A stretch of DNA of 46,043 bases from an uncultured Eubacteriales bacterium (GTDB lineage Bacteria; Bacillota; Clostridia; UBA1212; CASDQQ01), in the NCBI GenBank assembly GCA_949282945.1, contig CASDQQ010000047.1:1-46043 (forward strand), given 5' to 3'. Within the stretch, counting starts at the first letter, position 1. Each line of letters begins with the position of its first letter. Below the pieces are notes generated by a model. The model ran no database searches, was not told the DNA's origin, and saw only the letters and a program-made list of their open reading frames with translations. The translations under genes were made by a program, and so were the position numbers. Shown here one piece after another: positions 35,311 to 44,462 of the stretch.

Positions 35311-37407
35311 TTATTTTACGCCGAACAACAGCTGTCCGTATGTAGGGAAAGGCCAATATTTTTCTGCCGTAAGCGTTTCTGCCTCGTCGCAGAAAGAACG
35401 CAGCAACTCCATTTTGCCAAGTATTATATCTCGGATCATATTTGCTGACTCTGTAACATCGGTGATCAATTTTAACTTAACAAGCTCCTGTTCCAGTTCA
35501 TCTGTGGCTGAGTCAATTTTATCAACTAAATAGGAAAGCCTGTTAATAAGCTTCGTTTCATAACTGCATTGAAGCTGAGGATCTATTGCTTTTTTTGCTC
35601 CGGCGGCCCCGGCCAGATCAGCTGTATATGATTCAATTGCCGGCAGTATTTCCTTTCTTGCCATATCTACCATAGTAAGGCCTTCAATATTAACGGTTTT
35701 GCAGTAATTCTCCATCATGATCTCATAACGGGATTTGATTTCGGCCTCTGAAAATACCTTATGAGCCGTAAGCATATCGATATTCTTCTTATCAAATATT
35801 GCGGGCATGCAGTCCGGCGTAGTCTTTAAATTAAGAAGGCCTCTTTTTTCAGTGGCTTCTTTGATCCAGGAATCATCATAGCCGTTTCCGTTGAATATAA
35901 TCCGCTTATGATCTTTTATGGTCTTTTTGATCATCTCATGTAAAGATGTCTCAAAATCCGACGCGTTTTCAAGTCTGTCGGCGTATATTTTAAGCGACTG
36001 AGCAACCGCTGAGTTTAGCATGATATTGGCGCATGCTATACTGTTGGAAGAGCCGAGCATACGAAATTCAAACTTGTTTCCGGTAAAAGCAAATGGAGAA
36101 GTACGGTTACGGTCGGTAGTGTCCCGGGTAAATCTCGGTAAAACGTGAACGCCGAGCTTCATTTGCGTTTTTTCTGTCCCGTTGTACGGAGTATCGTTTT
36201 CTATGGCATCCAGTACGGCTGTCAATTCGTCGCCCAAAAATATGGAAACCACTGCGGGAGGGGCTTCGTTAGCTCCAAGTCTGTGATCGTTTCCGGCGGT
36301 CGCCACAGAAAGACGGAGCAGATCCTGATAATCGTCTACGGCTTTGATCACCGCACACAGGAACAATAAAAACTGCGCGTTCTCGTAAGGCGTTTCTCCG
36401 GGGGTCAGCAGATTAACTCCGGTGTCGGTAGCGAGCGACCAGTTATTATGTTTTCCTGAACCATTAACACCCGCAAAAGGCTTTTCGTGCAGTAGACATA
36501 CAAGGCCGTGTTTAGCGGCTACCTTTTGCATGATCTCCATAGTCAGCTGATTGTGATCCGTAGCTATATTAGTGGTTGTATATATTGGAGCAAGTTCATG
36601 CTGAGCGGGAGCCACTTCGTTATGTTCGGTTTTAGCCAAAACTCCCAATTTCCAGAGCTCTTCATTTAAATCGGCCATGTAAGCAGCTACGCGAGGCTTG
36701 ATAACACCGAAATAATGATCGTCCATCTCCTGACCTTTCGGGGGTTTTGCTCCAAACAGAGTTCTGCCGGTAAAGATCAGATCCTTGCGCTTGTCAAACA
36801 TTTCTTTGTCCACAAGGAAATATTCCTGTTCAGGTCCAACTGATGTACGAACACATTTTACACTATCATTCCCAAATAACCGCAGAATGCGCAGCGCCTG
36901 TTTATTAAGAGCTTCCATGGAACGGAGCAGCGGAGTTTTTTTGTCCAAAGCTTCTCCTCCGTAAGAACAGAAAGCCGTAGGAATGCAAAGAGTTTTTCCC
37001 TTTATAAAAGCGTAGGAGGTAGGGTCCCAGGCCGTATAGCCTCTGGCCTCAAATGTGGCACGAAGACCTCCGGAAGGGAAGGAAGAAGCGTCCGGTTCGC
37101 CTTTTATAAGCTCCTTGCCTGAAAATTCCATAATAACTCTGCCGTCGGGAGCGGGGGATATAAAGCTGTCATGCTTTTCCGCGGTAATGCCGGTGAGAGG
37201 TTGGAACCAGTGAGTAAAGTGAGTCGCGCCGTGACTGATCGCCCAATCCTTCATGGCTGTGGCTACCGCGTTGGCAACATTATTATCAAAACGCGCTCCC
37301 TCGTCTATGGTTTTCTTGAGCGATTGATAAACGTCCGCCGAAAGTGTAGCCTTCATTACTCTGTCGTCAAATACAAGGCTTCCAAAATAATCAGATACTG
37401 TGTTCAT
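35311..37407 (-). CDS. glnN: Glutamine synthetase type III
   Basis: 698 aa. The GSIII size class and N-terminal domain fit. Catalytic-region block [23 protein letters not shown]. Confidence 0.85.
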   Translation of the reverse strand: MNTVSDYFGSLVFDDRVMKATLSADVYQSLKKTIDEGARFDNNVANAVATAMKDWAISHGATHFTHWFQPLTGITAEKHDSFISPAPDGRVIMEFSGKELIKGEPDASSFPSGGLRATFEARGYTAWDPTSYAFIKGKTLCIPTAFCSYGGEALDKKTPLLRSMEALNKQALRILRLFGNDSVKCVRTSVGPEQEYFLVDKEMFDKRKDLIFTGRTLFGAKPPKGQEMDDHYFGVIKPRVAAYMADLNEELWKLGVLAKTEHNEVAPAQHELAPIYTTTNIATDHNQLTMEIMQKVAAKHGLVCLLHEKPFAGVNGSGKHNNWSLATDTGVNLLTPGETPYENAQFLLFLCAVIKAVDDYQDLLRLSVATAGNDHRLGANEAPPAVVSIFLGDELTAVLDAIENDTPYNGTEKTQMKLGVHVLPRFTRDTTDRNRTSPFAFTGNKFEFRMLGSSNSIACANIMLNSAVAQSLKIYADRLENASDFETSLHEMIKKTIKDHKRIIFNGNGYDDSWIKEATEKRGLLNLKTTPDCMPAIFDKKNIDMLTAHKVFSEAEIKSRYEIMMENYCKTVNIEGLTMVDMARKEILPAIESYTADLAGAAGAKKAIDPQLQCSYETKLINRLSYLVDKIDSATDELEQELVKLKLITDVTESANMIRDIILGKMELLRSFCDEAETLTAEKYWPFPTYGQLLFGVK

Positions 37408-37434
37408 AGTTCTTCTCTCCTTTACAGTAAATAT

Positions 37435-37492
37435 AAAAAACCAGGCAATGACAGCTTAAGAAACAGCTTCTCAAGACTCCATTGCCTGGTTT
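37435..37492 (-). terminator. Leader (attenuator-type) intrinsic terminator between the glnN promoter and the glnN start codon
   Basis: On the - strand AACCAGGCAATG pairs with CATTGCCTGGTT (12 bp), extended by CTTGAGAA/TTCTTAAG, then TTTTTT. It lies 27 nt upstream of the ATG. Confidence 0.7.
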
Positions 37493-37560
37493 ATAGATAA
37501 TAGAAAGAACGTCTCGAAGATTTACCTTCAAGACGCCCTTGCCTTTCTTTTATGGTCGTT

Positions 37561-37588
37561 ATTATACACGCCTCAAAAAGTTTGTCAA
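37561..37588 (-). promoter_or_regulatory. Consensus sigma-A promoter of the glnN / amt-PII operon
   Basis: On the - strand TTGACA (37588-37583), 16-nt spacer, TATAAT (37566-37561). Confidence 0.7.
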
Positions 37589-37705
37589 TAGATTTTTTAA
37601 TTTTTTTTGAAGAATTTTTGAACGGCAAGTCCGCGTAGAAATGAAAAAATAAATTTTATTTTTACGGCATTTGTTTTTATTTTCACAAATTAGCATATAT
37701 TACAG

Positions 37706-37734
37706 TTGACAAATCAAAATTATTATGGTATACC
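37706..37734 (+). promoter_or_regulatory. Sigma-A promoter (extended -10) of the split glutamate synthase operon
   Basis: TTGACA (37706-37711), 17-nt spacer ending in TGg, then TATACC (37729-37734). Confidence 0.6.
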
Positions 37735-37745
37735 CTGTTCAATGA

Positions 37746-37805
37746 GCAAAGGCGTTCGTTCAGGTTGGAGTGGTTTCTCCTCCTGGATGGGCGCCTTTGC
37801 TTTTT
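37746..37805 (+). terminator. Leader (attenuator-type) intrinsic terminator upstream of the glutamate synthase operon
   Basis: GCAAAGGCG (37746-37754) pairs with CGCCTTTGC (37792-37800), enclosing CAGG..GGAG-loop-CTCC.CCTG, followed by TTTTT (37801-37805). It lies 29 nt upstream of the ATG. Confidence 0.7.
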
Positions 37806-37834
37806 ACAAAAATATTAAGAAAGGACAGAATACC

Positions 37835-38926
37835 ATGAAATTAGAAGGTCAAGTAAGAATTCCATCCGGATGCGCTATTTCCGCTGTTATTTCAAAAGAC
37901 GGAAACAAAATGACCGGGGAAAAGATCATAGACAGCATGATACCCATGCATGATCGCTCCAACGGTTTAGGAGGCGGATTTGCAGGTTATGGTATATATC
38001 CGGAGTACCGGGAGTTTTATGCTTTTCATATTTTCTATAACGACAATGCGGCGCGCAGCGAATGTGAAAATTTTTTAAAGGATGGATTTGAAATTGTCAA
38101 GGCAGAAAATATACCTATAAGGAAAATACCGGAGATTACGGACGTTCCCTTGATATGGCGGTATTTTGTCGCTCCGCTAGCCTCGGTCCTCTCCAGGCTA
38201 CAGTTAGATGAAAAGGAATATGTAGCCAGAATGGTAATGAAGATCAATACCGGGATAAAGGGAGCATATGTGTTTTCAAGCGGGAAAAATATGGGAGTAT
38301 TCAAGGCTGTAGGCTTCCCTGAGGACGTGGGCAGATTTTATAGATTAGAGGAATACGAGGCATATTCATGGACGTCTCACGGAAGATACCCCACAAACAC
38401 TCCGGGTTGGTGGGGAGGCGCTCACCCTTTTGCTCTGCTTGATTATTCCATAGTGCATAACGGGGAGATTTCTTCCTATGACGCAAATCGCAGATTTATT
38501 GAAATGTTCGGCTATAAATGTACACTCCAGACGGATACGGAGGTAATAACGTATATTGCTGACTATCTTTTACGCAGGCAAAAGCTGACTTTAAGTGAGA
38601 TGGCTTCGGTTATCGCGGCGCCGTTCTGGAGTACGATAGACGGAAAGGATCCCAAAAGTAAACAGCAGCTTACATATTTAAGGAGCGTATATTCAAGCTT
38701 GCTCGTAACCGGGCCCTTTTCAATTATTTTAGGTTTTGAGGGAGGAATCATGGCGCTGAACGACCGGCTGAAGCTCAGATCCATGGTGACGGCCGAAAAG
38801 GGCGACAGAGTGTTTATAGCCAGTGAAGAAGCGGCTATACGTGTTATGGAGCCGGACGCGGAGAATATTTATGCGCCCGCGGGCGGGGAAGCAGTTATTG
38901 TAAAAGTAAAGGAGGGGGCTTACTGA
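37835..38926 (+). CDS. Glutamate synthase, class II (Ntn) glutamine amidotransferase subunit (archaeal-type split GltB domain 1)
   Basis: ATG 37835 is chosen over the track TTG 37706, which would put the promoter and terminator inside the CDS. N-terminus is MKLEGQVRIPSGCAI, with the nucleophile Cys after a short propeptide. HNGEISSY block. Confidence 0.75.
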   Translation: MKLEGQVRIPSGCAISAVISKDGNKMTGEKIIDSMIPMHDRSNGLGGGFAGYGIYPEYREFYAFHIFYNDNAARSECENFLKDGFEIVKAENIPIRKIPEITDVPLIWRYFVAPLASVLSRLQLDEKEYVARMVMKINTGIKGAYVFSSGKNMGVFKAVGFPEDVGRFYRLEEYEAYSWTSHGRYPTNTPGWWGGAHPFALLDYSIVHNGEISSYDANRRFIEMFGYKCTLQTDTEVITYIADYLLRRQKLTLSEMASVIAAPFWSTIDGKDPKSKQQLTYLRSVYSSLLVTGPFSIILGFEGGIMALNDRLKLRSMVTAEKGDRVFIASEEAAIRVMEPDAENIYAPAGGEAVIVKVKEGAY

Positions 38927-40431
38927 TGTCGGTACAATATATATATCCGGAATTTGAAGTAATAAGAAATCCAGGCAGATGTATCGCCTGCCGCGTTTGC
39001 GAACGCCAGTGCGCCAACGAAGTGCATTCTTACGATGAGGACAGCAAAACGATGCTGAGCGACGAGTCTAAGTGCGTAGACTGTCAGCGCTGCGTAGCAC
39101 TTTGTCCAACGAGGGCTCTTAAAATAGTAAAAAACGACTGCGCGTTCCGGGAAAACGCGAACTGGCGCGGGGATACGATAAAAGAGATATATAAGCAGGC
39201 AGAAAGCGGAGGAGTTCTGCTTTCTTCCATGGGAAATCCCAATCCGCTTCCTGTATACTGGGATAAGATATTGATCAATGCGTCCCAGGTAACCAATCCT
39301 CCGATAGACCCGCTCCGCGAACCTATGGAAACCAGAGTGTTTCTGGGGAAAAAGCCTTCGGCAGTGGCACGAAATGAAGACGGAAGCTTAAAATGTCAGT
39401 TGTCTCCTCAGTTGGATCTTACAATGCCTGTCATGTTTTCTGCGATGAGTTATGGATCTATCAGCTATAACGCTCACGAAAGTCTGGCCAGGGCGGCGGA
39501 GAAACTTGGTATTTATTACAATACGGGAGAGGGCGGTCTGCACGAGGATTTTTACCGCTACGGGGAAAACACCATAGTCCAGGTGGCCTCCGGGCGGTTC
39601 GGAGTACACGAAGATTACTTAAACGCAGGAGCCGCTATAGAAATAAAAATGGGACAGGGTGCAAAGCCTGGAATAGGCGGACATTTGCCAGGAACAAAAA
39701 TTGTCGGAGACGTATCCAGGACCAGAATGATCCCGGAGGGTTCGGATGCTATATCTCCCGCGCCTCATCATGATATTTATTCTATTGAGGATTTAAGGCA
39801 GCTAGTATATTCTTTAAAAGAAGCTACGGAGTATAAAAAGCCTGTTATCGTAAAGGTCGCGGCGGTACATAATATTGCGGCGATAGCCAGCGGTATTGCC
39901 CGGAGCGGGGCGGACATTATCGCAATAGATGGATTTCGCGGAGGTACCGGAGCCGCGCCTACGAGAATACGCGATAATGTGGGCATTCCTATTGAGCTTG
40001 CTTTGGCCTCTGTAGATCAGCGGCTTCGCGACGAAGGTATCAGAAACAATGTTTCCCTTGTAGTGGGCGGCAGCATTCGCAGTTCGGCTGATGTGGTAAA
40101 AGCGATCGCATTGGGAGCGGACGCATGTTACATTGCTACTGCGGCGCTTATTGCTTTAGGATGTCATCTTTGCCGTACTTGTCAGACCGGAAAATGCAAC
40201 TGGGGAATCGCCACACAGCGTCCGGAACTTGTAAAACGCTTAAATCCCAGTATAGGCGGCGAACGCCTTGTTAACCTGATGACGGCATGGAAGCATGAAA
40301 TTAAAGAATTGATGGGCGGTATGGGCATCAACTCCATAGAAGCGCTTCGCGGGAACCGACTTATGCTGCGCGGCGTAAATCTGACAGAAAAGGAGCTTGA
40401 GATTCTCGGTATCTCACACGCAGGAGAATGA
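38926..40431 (+). CDS. Glutamate synthase FMN/Fe-S domain subunit with N-terminal 2x[4Fe-4S] ferredoxin module (GltB domain 2)
   Basis: TGATG overlap with the upstream gene. Cys motifs CIACRVCERQC and CVDCQRCVALCP. GOGAT FMN-domain block EIKMGQGAKPGIGGHLPG. Late cluster CHLCRTCQTGKC. Confidence 0.85.
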   Translation: MSVQYIYPEFEVIRNPGRCIACRVCERQCANEVHSYDEDSKTMLSDESKCVDCQRCVALCPTRALKIVKNDCAFRENANWRGDTIKEIYKQAESGGVLLSSMGNPNPLPVYWDKILINASQVTNPPIDPLREPMETRVFLGKKPSAVARNEDGSLKCQLSPQLDLTMPVMFSAMSYGSISYNAHESLARAAEKLGIYYNTGEGGLHEDFYRYGENTIVQVASGRFGVHEDYLNAGAAIEIKMGQGAKPGIGGHLPGTKIVGDVSRTRMIPEGSDAISPAPHHDIYSIEDLRQLVYSLKEATEYKKPVIVKVAAVHNIAAIASGIARSGADIIAIDGFRGGTGAAPTRIRDNVGIPIELALASVDQRLRDEGIRNNVSLVVGGSIRSSADVVKAIALGADACYIATAALIALGCHLCRTCQTGKCNWGIATQRPELVKRLNPSIGGERLVNLMTAWKHEIKELMGGMGINSIEALRGNRLMLRGVNLTEKELEILGISHAGE

Positions 40432-40856
40432 AGAGGATATTTGTGAATGAAAAATGGTGTATCGGATGTCACCTTTGTGAATATAATTGTGCTTTTGCTA
40501 ATTCAGGGATAAAAGATATGGTGAAAGCATTAAAAGGTAAAAATATTTATCCGAGGGTGCATGTTGAAGGAGACGATAAAATTACATATGCGGTATCCTG
40601 CCGCCATTGTACCGATCCTATATGTGTAAGAAGCTGTATTTCAGGGGCTTTATATATTAAAGACGGTACGGTATGCATTGACCATGATAAATGCGTGGGA
40701 TGCCTTACCTGCATTTTAGTTTGTCCTTATGGAGCCGTATCTCAGGACGAAAACGGAGCTGTCCAGAAATGTGAGCTGTGTCTTAAAAACTCTGCAGGCG
40801 CTCCGGCCTGCGCCCTGGGATGTCCTAACGGGGCAATAGTGTATGAGGAGAGGTGA
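40428..40856 (+). CDS. 4Fe-4S dicluster ferredoxin-like protein
   Basis: 142 aa with ATGA overlap. Cys motifs CIGCHLCEYNC, CRHCTDPICVRSC, CVGCLTCILVCP and CELC. Confidence 0.8.
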   Translation: MKRIFVNEKWCIGCHLCEYNCAFANSGIKDMVKALKGKNIYPRVHVEGDDKITYAVSCRHCTDPICVRSCISGALYIKDGTVCIDHDKCVGCLTCILVCPYGAVSQDENGAVQKCELCLKNSAGAPACALGCPNGAIVYEER

Positions 40857-40861
40857 CGGAA

Positions 40862-42109
40862 ATGAAGAATTATGTGATCATAGGTAACGGAACGGCGGCG
40901 GTAGGTTGTATTGAAGGTATTCGCAGTATTGACCGCGACGGGAAAATTACTGTCATATCCTCAGAAAGACATCCGGTCTATTGCAGACCGCTGATTTCCT
41001 ACTATCTGGAAGGAAAAACGGATATTGAGAGAATTAAATACCGGCCGGAAAATTTTTATATGGAAAATGGCTGCGAGGTGATATACGGCAAAAGCGCCGT
41101 AAAAATTGATAATGGGAAAAAAGTGATCCTACTTAACGATGAAAGTAAAATATTTTATGACGAACTTTGTATAGCGACGGGTTCAGATCCGTTTATCCCT
41201 GACTTTGACGGAATAGAGAGCGTTGGCGACAAATATTCCTTTATGACTCTTGACGACGCTTTGGCTATAGAAAAAGCGGTATCAAAAAATTCAAAAGTTT
41301 TGATTATAGGAGCCGGTCTTATAGGGCTTAAATGCGCCGAGGGCCTTAGGGACAGAGTAGAAAGCATAACGGTATGCGATTTGGCAGACAGAGTTTTATC
41401 CAGTATTCTTGACAGCGATTGCGCCCAAATTATGCAAAGACATTTAGAACGATGCGGAATATCTTTTATGCTCGGTGACAGCGCGGCGAAGTTCAGAGGC
41501 AATACCGCTTTGATGAAAAGCGGGAAACAGGTGGATTTTGATATTCTTGTTTTAGCGGTGGGAGTAAAAGCTAACATATCGCTTTTAAAAGATATAGGAG
41601 GCATGTGCGGTCGCGGTATTATAGTAGACGACCATATGAGGACGTCGGTCAGCGGTATTTACGCGGCGGGAGACTGTACAGAATGTACCGATATATCTTG
41701 CGGTGAAAGCAAGGTTATAGCTATCTTGCCCAATGCTTATATGCAGGGAAAATGCGCGGGAATTAATATGGCCGGAGCGCAGGAGGCATACGATAAAGCC
41801 ATACCTATGAATTCCATAGGGTTTTTCGGATTGCACGCTATGACAGCGGGAAGCTATTTTGGCCCGGAGCAAAATGGAGAAATATATGAAGAAAAGTCAG
41901 AAGATAAAATAAAGAGGCTTTTTACTAAAGACGGGTTGCTTACCGGATTTATACTGATTGGAAATACTGATAAAGCAGGTATTTATACTAATATGGTACG
42001 AAACAGGATACCGCTTTCTGAGGTGGATTACGAAAGGCTGAAGAAATCTCCGGATTTTGTGTCGTTCGGCGCAGAATACCGCAAAAAAAAGTTTGGGAGT
42101 GTGGTGTAA
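40862..42109 (+). CDS. FAD/NAD(P)-dependent pyridine nucleotide-disulfide family oxidoreductase
   Basis: ATG 40862 lies about 8 nt after GAGGAGAGG; the track GTG 40853 is an alternative. Dinucleotide folds VIIGNGTAAVG and LIIGAGLIGLKCAEG. AAGDC block. Confidence 0.8.
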   Translation: MKNYVIIGNGTAAVGCIEGIRSIDRDGKITVISSERHPVYCRPLISYYLEGKTDIERIKYRPENFYMENGCEVIYGKSAVKIDNGKKVILLNDESKIFYDELCIATGSDPFIPDFDGIESVGDKYSFMTLDDALAIEKAVSKNSKVLIIGAGLIGLKCAEGLRDRVESITVCDLADRVLSSILDSDCAQIMQRHLERCGISFMLGDSAAKFRGNTALMKSGKQVDFDILVLAVGVKANISLLKDIGGMCGRGIIVDDHMRTSVSGIYAAGDCTECTDISCGESKVIAILPNAYMQGKCAGINMAGAQEAYDKAIPMNSIGFFGLHAMTAGSYFGPEQNGEIYEEKSEDKIKRLFTKDGLLTGFILIGNTDKAGIYTNMVRNRIPLSEVDYERLKKSPDFVSFGAEYRKKKFGSVV

Positions 42110-42111
42110 TT

Positions 42112-42831
42112 ATGCTGATCAATGTAAAAGGACTAAGCTATGCAGACGTTAACGAAAGACTAAGGCAGATGACTGGTCCCTGTACTATTACAGGATGTAT
42201 GGGACAGCGTTTTATCGCGGCGGGAATGAGCGAAAAAGAGCTTACTATCGACGGAATTCCCGGGAATGCTCTGGGAGCTTATTTAAACGGGGCTAAAATT
42301 ATTGTAAAAGGCAATGCTCAGGACGCCGTGGGAGATACAATGAACGGAGGAAGTATCGTGGTTCACGGAAATATCGGAGATGCGGCGGGTTATGCTATGC
42401 GCGGCGGCGAAATATATGTAAGGGGAAATGCCGGATACCGCGCCGGGATACATATGAAAGCCTATAAAGAAAAAAAACCTGTTATGGTAATAGGAGGACG
42501 TACGGGCAGTTTTTTAGGGGAGTATCAGGCCGGCGGAATCATTATAGTTTTAGGCCTGCATACCGACGGAAAGCCTGTGGTGGGCAATTATCCCTGCACC
42601 GGAATGCACGGCGGAAAAATGTTTTTACGCGTATCCCCGGAAAATATCCGCTTCCCTAAACAGGTATCAGCGGTTATAGCTTCCGACGAGGATAAAGAGG
42701 AAATAAGAGCGTATGTCCAAAAATATTGCGAACTTTTTGGATATGATCCTGAGAGTTTGCTCAATGATACTTTTACTGTCATAACTCCGGACAGTAAAAA
42801 TCCGTATAAGCAAATGTATGTAGCAAATTAA
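42112..42831 (+). CDS. Glutamate synthase GXGXG-repeat subunit (GltB C-terminal domain 3)
   Basis: 239 aa. Repeated G-x-G-x-G beta-helix motifs: [48 protein letters not shown]. Confidence 0.85.
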   Translation: MLINVKGLSYADVNERLRQMTGPCTITGCMGQRFIAAGMSEKELTIDGIPGNALGAYLNGAKIIVKGNAQDAVGDTMNGGSIVVHGNIGDAAGYAMRGGEIYVRGNAGYRAGIHMKAYKEKKPVMVIGGRTGSFLGEYQAGGIIIVLGLHTDGKPVVGNYPCTGMHGGKMFLRVSPENIRFPKQVSAVIASDEDKEEIRAYVQKYCELFGYDPESLLNDTFTVITPDSKNPYKQMYVAN

Positions 42832-42850
42832 GATTGGGAGGCGTGGACTA

Positions 42851-44458
42851 ATGACAAAATATATCTTTGTGACCGGAGGTGTTGTTTCCGGACTTGGCAA
42901 GGGAATTACAGCCGCTTCTTTGGGCCGGCTGCTGAAGGCAAGGGGCCTGAAAGTAGCGGCGCAGAAGTTTGATCCCTATATTAACGTAGATCCGGGCACG
43001 ATGAGTCCTTATCAGCATGGGGAAGTTTATGTTACAGAGGACGGCGCGGAAACTGATCTGGATCTGGGTCATTATGAAAGATTTATAGATGAAGATTTAA
43101 ATAAATATTCTAATCTTACCGCGGGCAAGGTATACTGGAATATTCTTAATAAGGAGCGCAGAGGAGAATATCTTGGGTCTACAGTACAGGTCATACCTCA
43201 TATTACCAATGAAATAAAGGATTTTGTATACCGCCTGGAAAGGCAGACAGGAGCGGACATAATCATTACGGAAATAGGAGGAACCATAGGGGATATTGAA
43301 TCCCAGCCGTTTCTTGAGGCCATAAGGCAAATATCCCTTGAAGCAGGAAGAGAGAACAGCCTTTTTATCCATGTGACATTAGTGCCGTTTTTGAGAGGTT
43401 CGGACGAACATAAGTCCAAGCCTACACAACATTCTGTAAAGGAACTTCAGGGAATGGGGATTAATCCCAATATTATCGTGCTGCGCTGTGACGAACCCTT
43501 AGAGGAATCTATTTTCAAAAAAATTTCTCTGTTTTGTAATGTCAAGCCAGATTGTGTAATTGAAAATATTACTCTTCCCAATCTTTATGAAGCTCCTCTT
43601 ATGTTAGAAAAATCAAATTTTTCAGCAGTTGTTTGCCGCGAACTTGGAATAAACGCTCCGGAACCTGAGCTTGAGGAATGGAAAAAAATGGTTGAGCGCA
43701 TTAAAAACAGGCCTTATGAAGTGCATATAGGACTGGTAGGAAAATATGTGCAGCTTCACGACGCGTATCTTTCTGTGGCTGAGGCGCTTAGACATGCCGG
43801 ATACGCGCTTAATACCCACATACGTATACATTGGATCGATTCAGAAATGCTGACGGAAAACACAAGGGAAGAAATCTTTTCAGGGTTAAACGGTATTATT
43901 GTTCCCGGGGGATTTGGAAACCGCGGGGTTGAAGGGATGATACTTGCCGCTGAATATGCAAGAGAGCATAGGCTTCCATACTTTGGCATATGCCTGGGCA
44001 TGCAGATAGCCGTTATAGAATTTTCCCGTCATGTGGCAGGCATTACGGACGCAAATTCAGGCGAATTTGACGAACTTTGCAAAAACAAGGTAATAGACTT
44101 TATGCCGGGACAAAGCGACGATATCGACAAGGGAGGAACTCTGCGTCTGGGAAGCTATCCGTGTAATGTTAAGGAAGGCACTGCAATGTATCGCTGCTAC
44201 GGAGAAAGCCTTATCCATGAAAGGCACCGCCATCGCTATGAATTTAATAACGATTACAGGAATGTTCTTGAAAAGAACGGTCTTATTTTATCAGGACTGT
44301 CCCCAAATGGGAAATTGATCGAAACAGTAGAACTTCCTGACCGGGATTTTTATTTGGGAGTTCAATACCATCCTGAATTTAAGAGCCGCCCCAATAAACC
44401 TCATCCTCTTTTTAAAGGATTTGTAGAAGCGGCTTTAAATTTAGCGCAAGGAGAGTAA
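42851..44458 (+). CDS. pyrG: CTP synthase (glutamine-hydrolysing)
   Basis: 535 aa. N-terminus [18 protein letters not shown]. GATase Cys block [15 protein letters not shown] block. GGGAGG RBS. Confidence 0.95.
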   Translation: MTKYIFVTGGVVSGLGKGITAASLGRLLKARGLKVAAQKFDPYINVDPGTMSPYQHGEVYVTEDGAETDLDLGHYERFIDEDLNKYSNLTAGKVYWNILNKERRGEYLGSTVQVIPHITNEIKDFVYRLERQTGADIIITEIGGTIGDIESQPFLEAIRQISLEAGRENSLFIHVTLVPFLRGSDEHKSKPTQHSVKELQGMGINPNIIVLRCDEPLEESIFKKISLFCNVKPDCVIENITLPNLYEAPLMLEKSNFSAVVCRELGINAPEPELEEWKKMVERIKNRPYEVHIGLVGKYVQLHDAYLSVAEALRHAGYALNTHIRIHWIDSEMLTENTREEIFSGLNGIIVPGGFGNRGVEGMILAAEYAREHRLPYFGICLGMQIAVIEFSRHVAGITDANSGEFDELCKNKVIDFMPGQSDDIDKGGTLRLGSYPCNVKEGTAMYRCYGESLIHERHRHRYEFNNDYRNVLEKNGLILSGLSPNGKLIETVELPDRDFYLGVQYHPEFKSRPNKPHPLFKGFVEAALNLAQGE

Positions 44459-44462
44459 TTTT

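Noticed and set aside
34352-35533. + strand ORFs 34352..34828 (158 aa) and 34946..35533 (195 aa).
   Set aside because: They lie antisense to the amt-PII and glnN coding regions. Their Ser/Pro/Ala-rich translations are typical of the reverse frame of a membrane-protein gene, and no start signals are present.
37671-37687. Possible GlnR/TnrA box TGTTTTTATTTTCACA between the two divergent nitrogen promoters.
   Set aside because: The TGT..ACA half-sites are separated so that the element is 16 nt, not the canonical 17-nt TGTNA-N7-TNACA, and the inner positions do not match.
37746-37805. glnA-type glutamine riboswitch or ykkC-subtype (ppGpp/PRPP) riboswitch in the GOGAT leader.
   Set aside because: The leader has a CGUUC near the 5' side. 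It lacks the three-way junction and the conserved ACGGAAG-like core I remember for the glnA motif, and it is far too short and simple for a ykkC fold. This was rejected by eye only, so cmsearch should confirm.
37706-37834. TTG 37706 or ATG 37742 as the start of the amidotransferase subunit, including the idea of a leaderless mRNA starting at ATG 37742.
   Set aside because: The TTG is the -35 hexamer itself. The extension would encode the terminator hairpin and U-tract and place 40+ residues before the Ntn nucleophile Cys. ATG 37835 with a short propeptide is more consistent, although the in-frame ATG at the predicted transcription start is curious.
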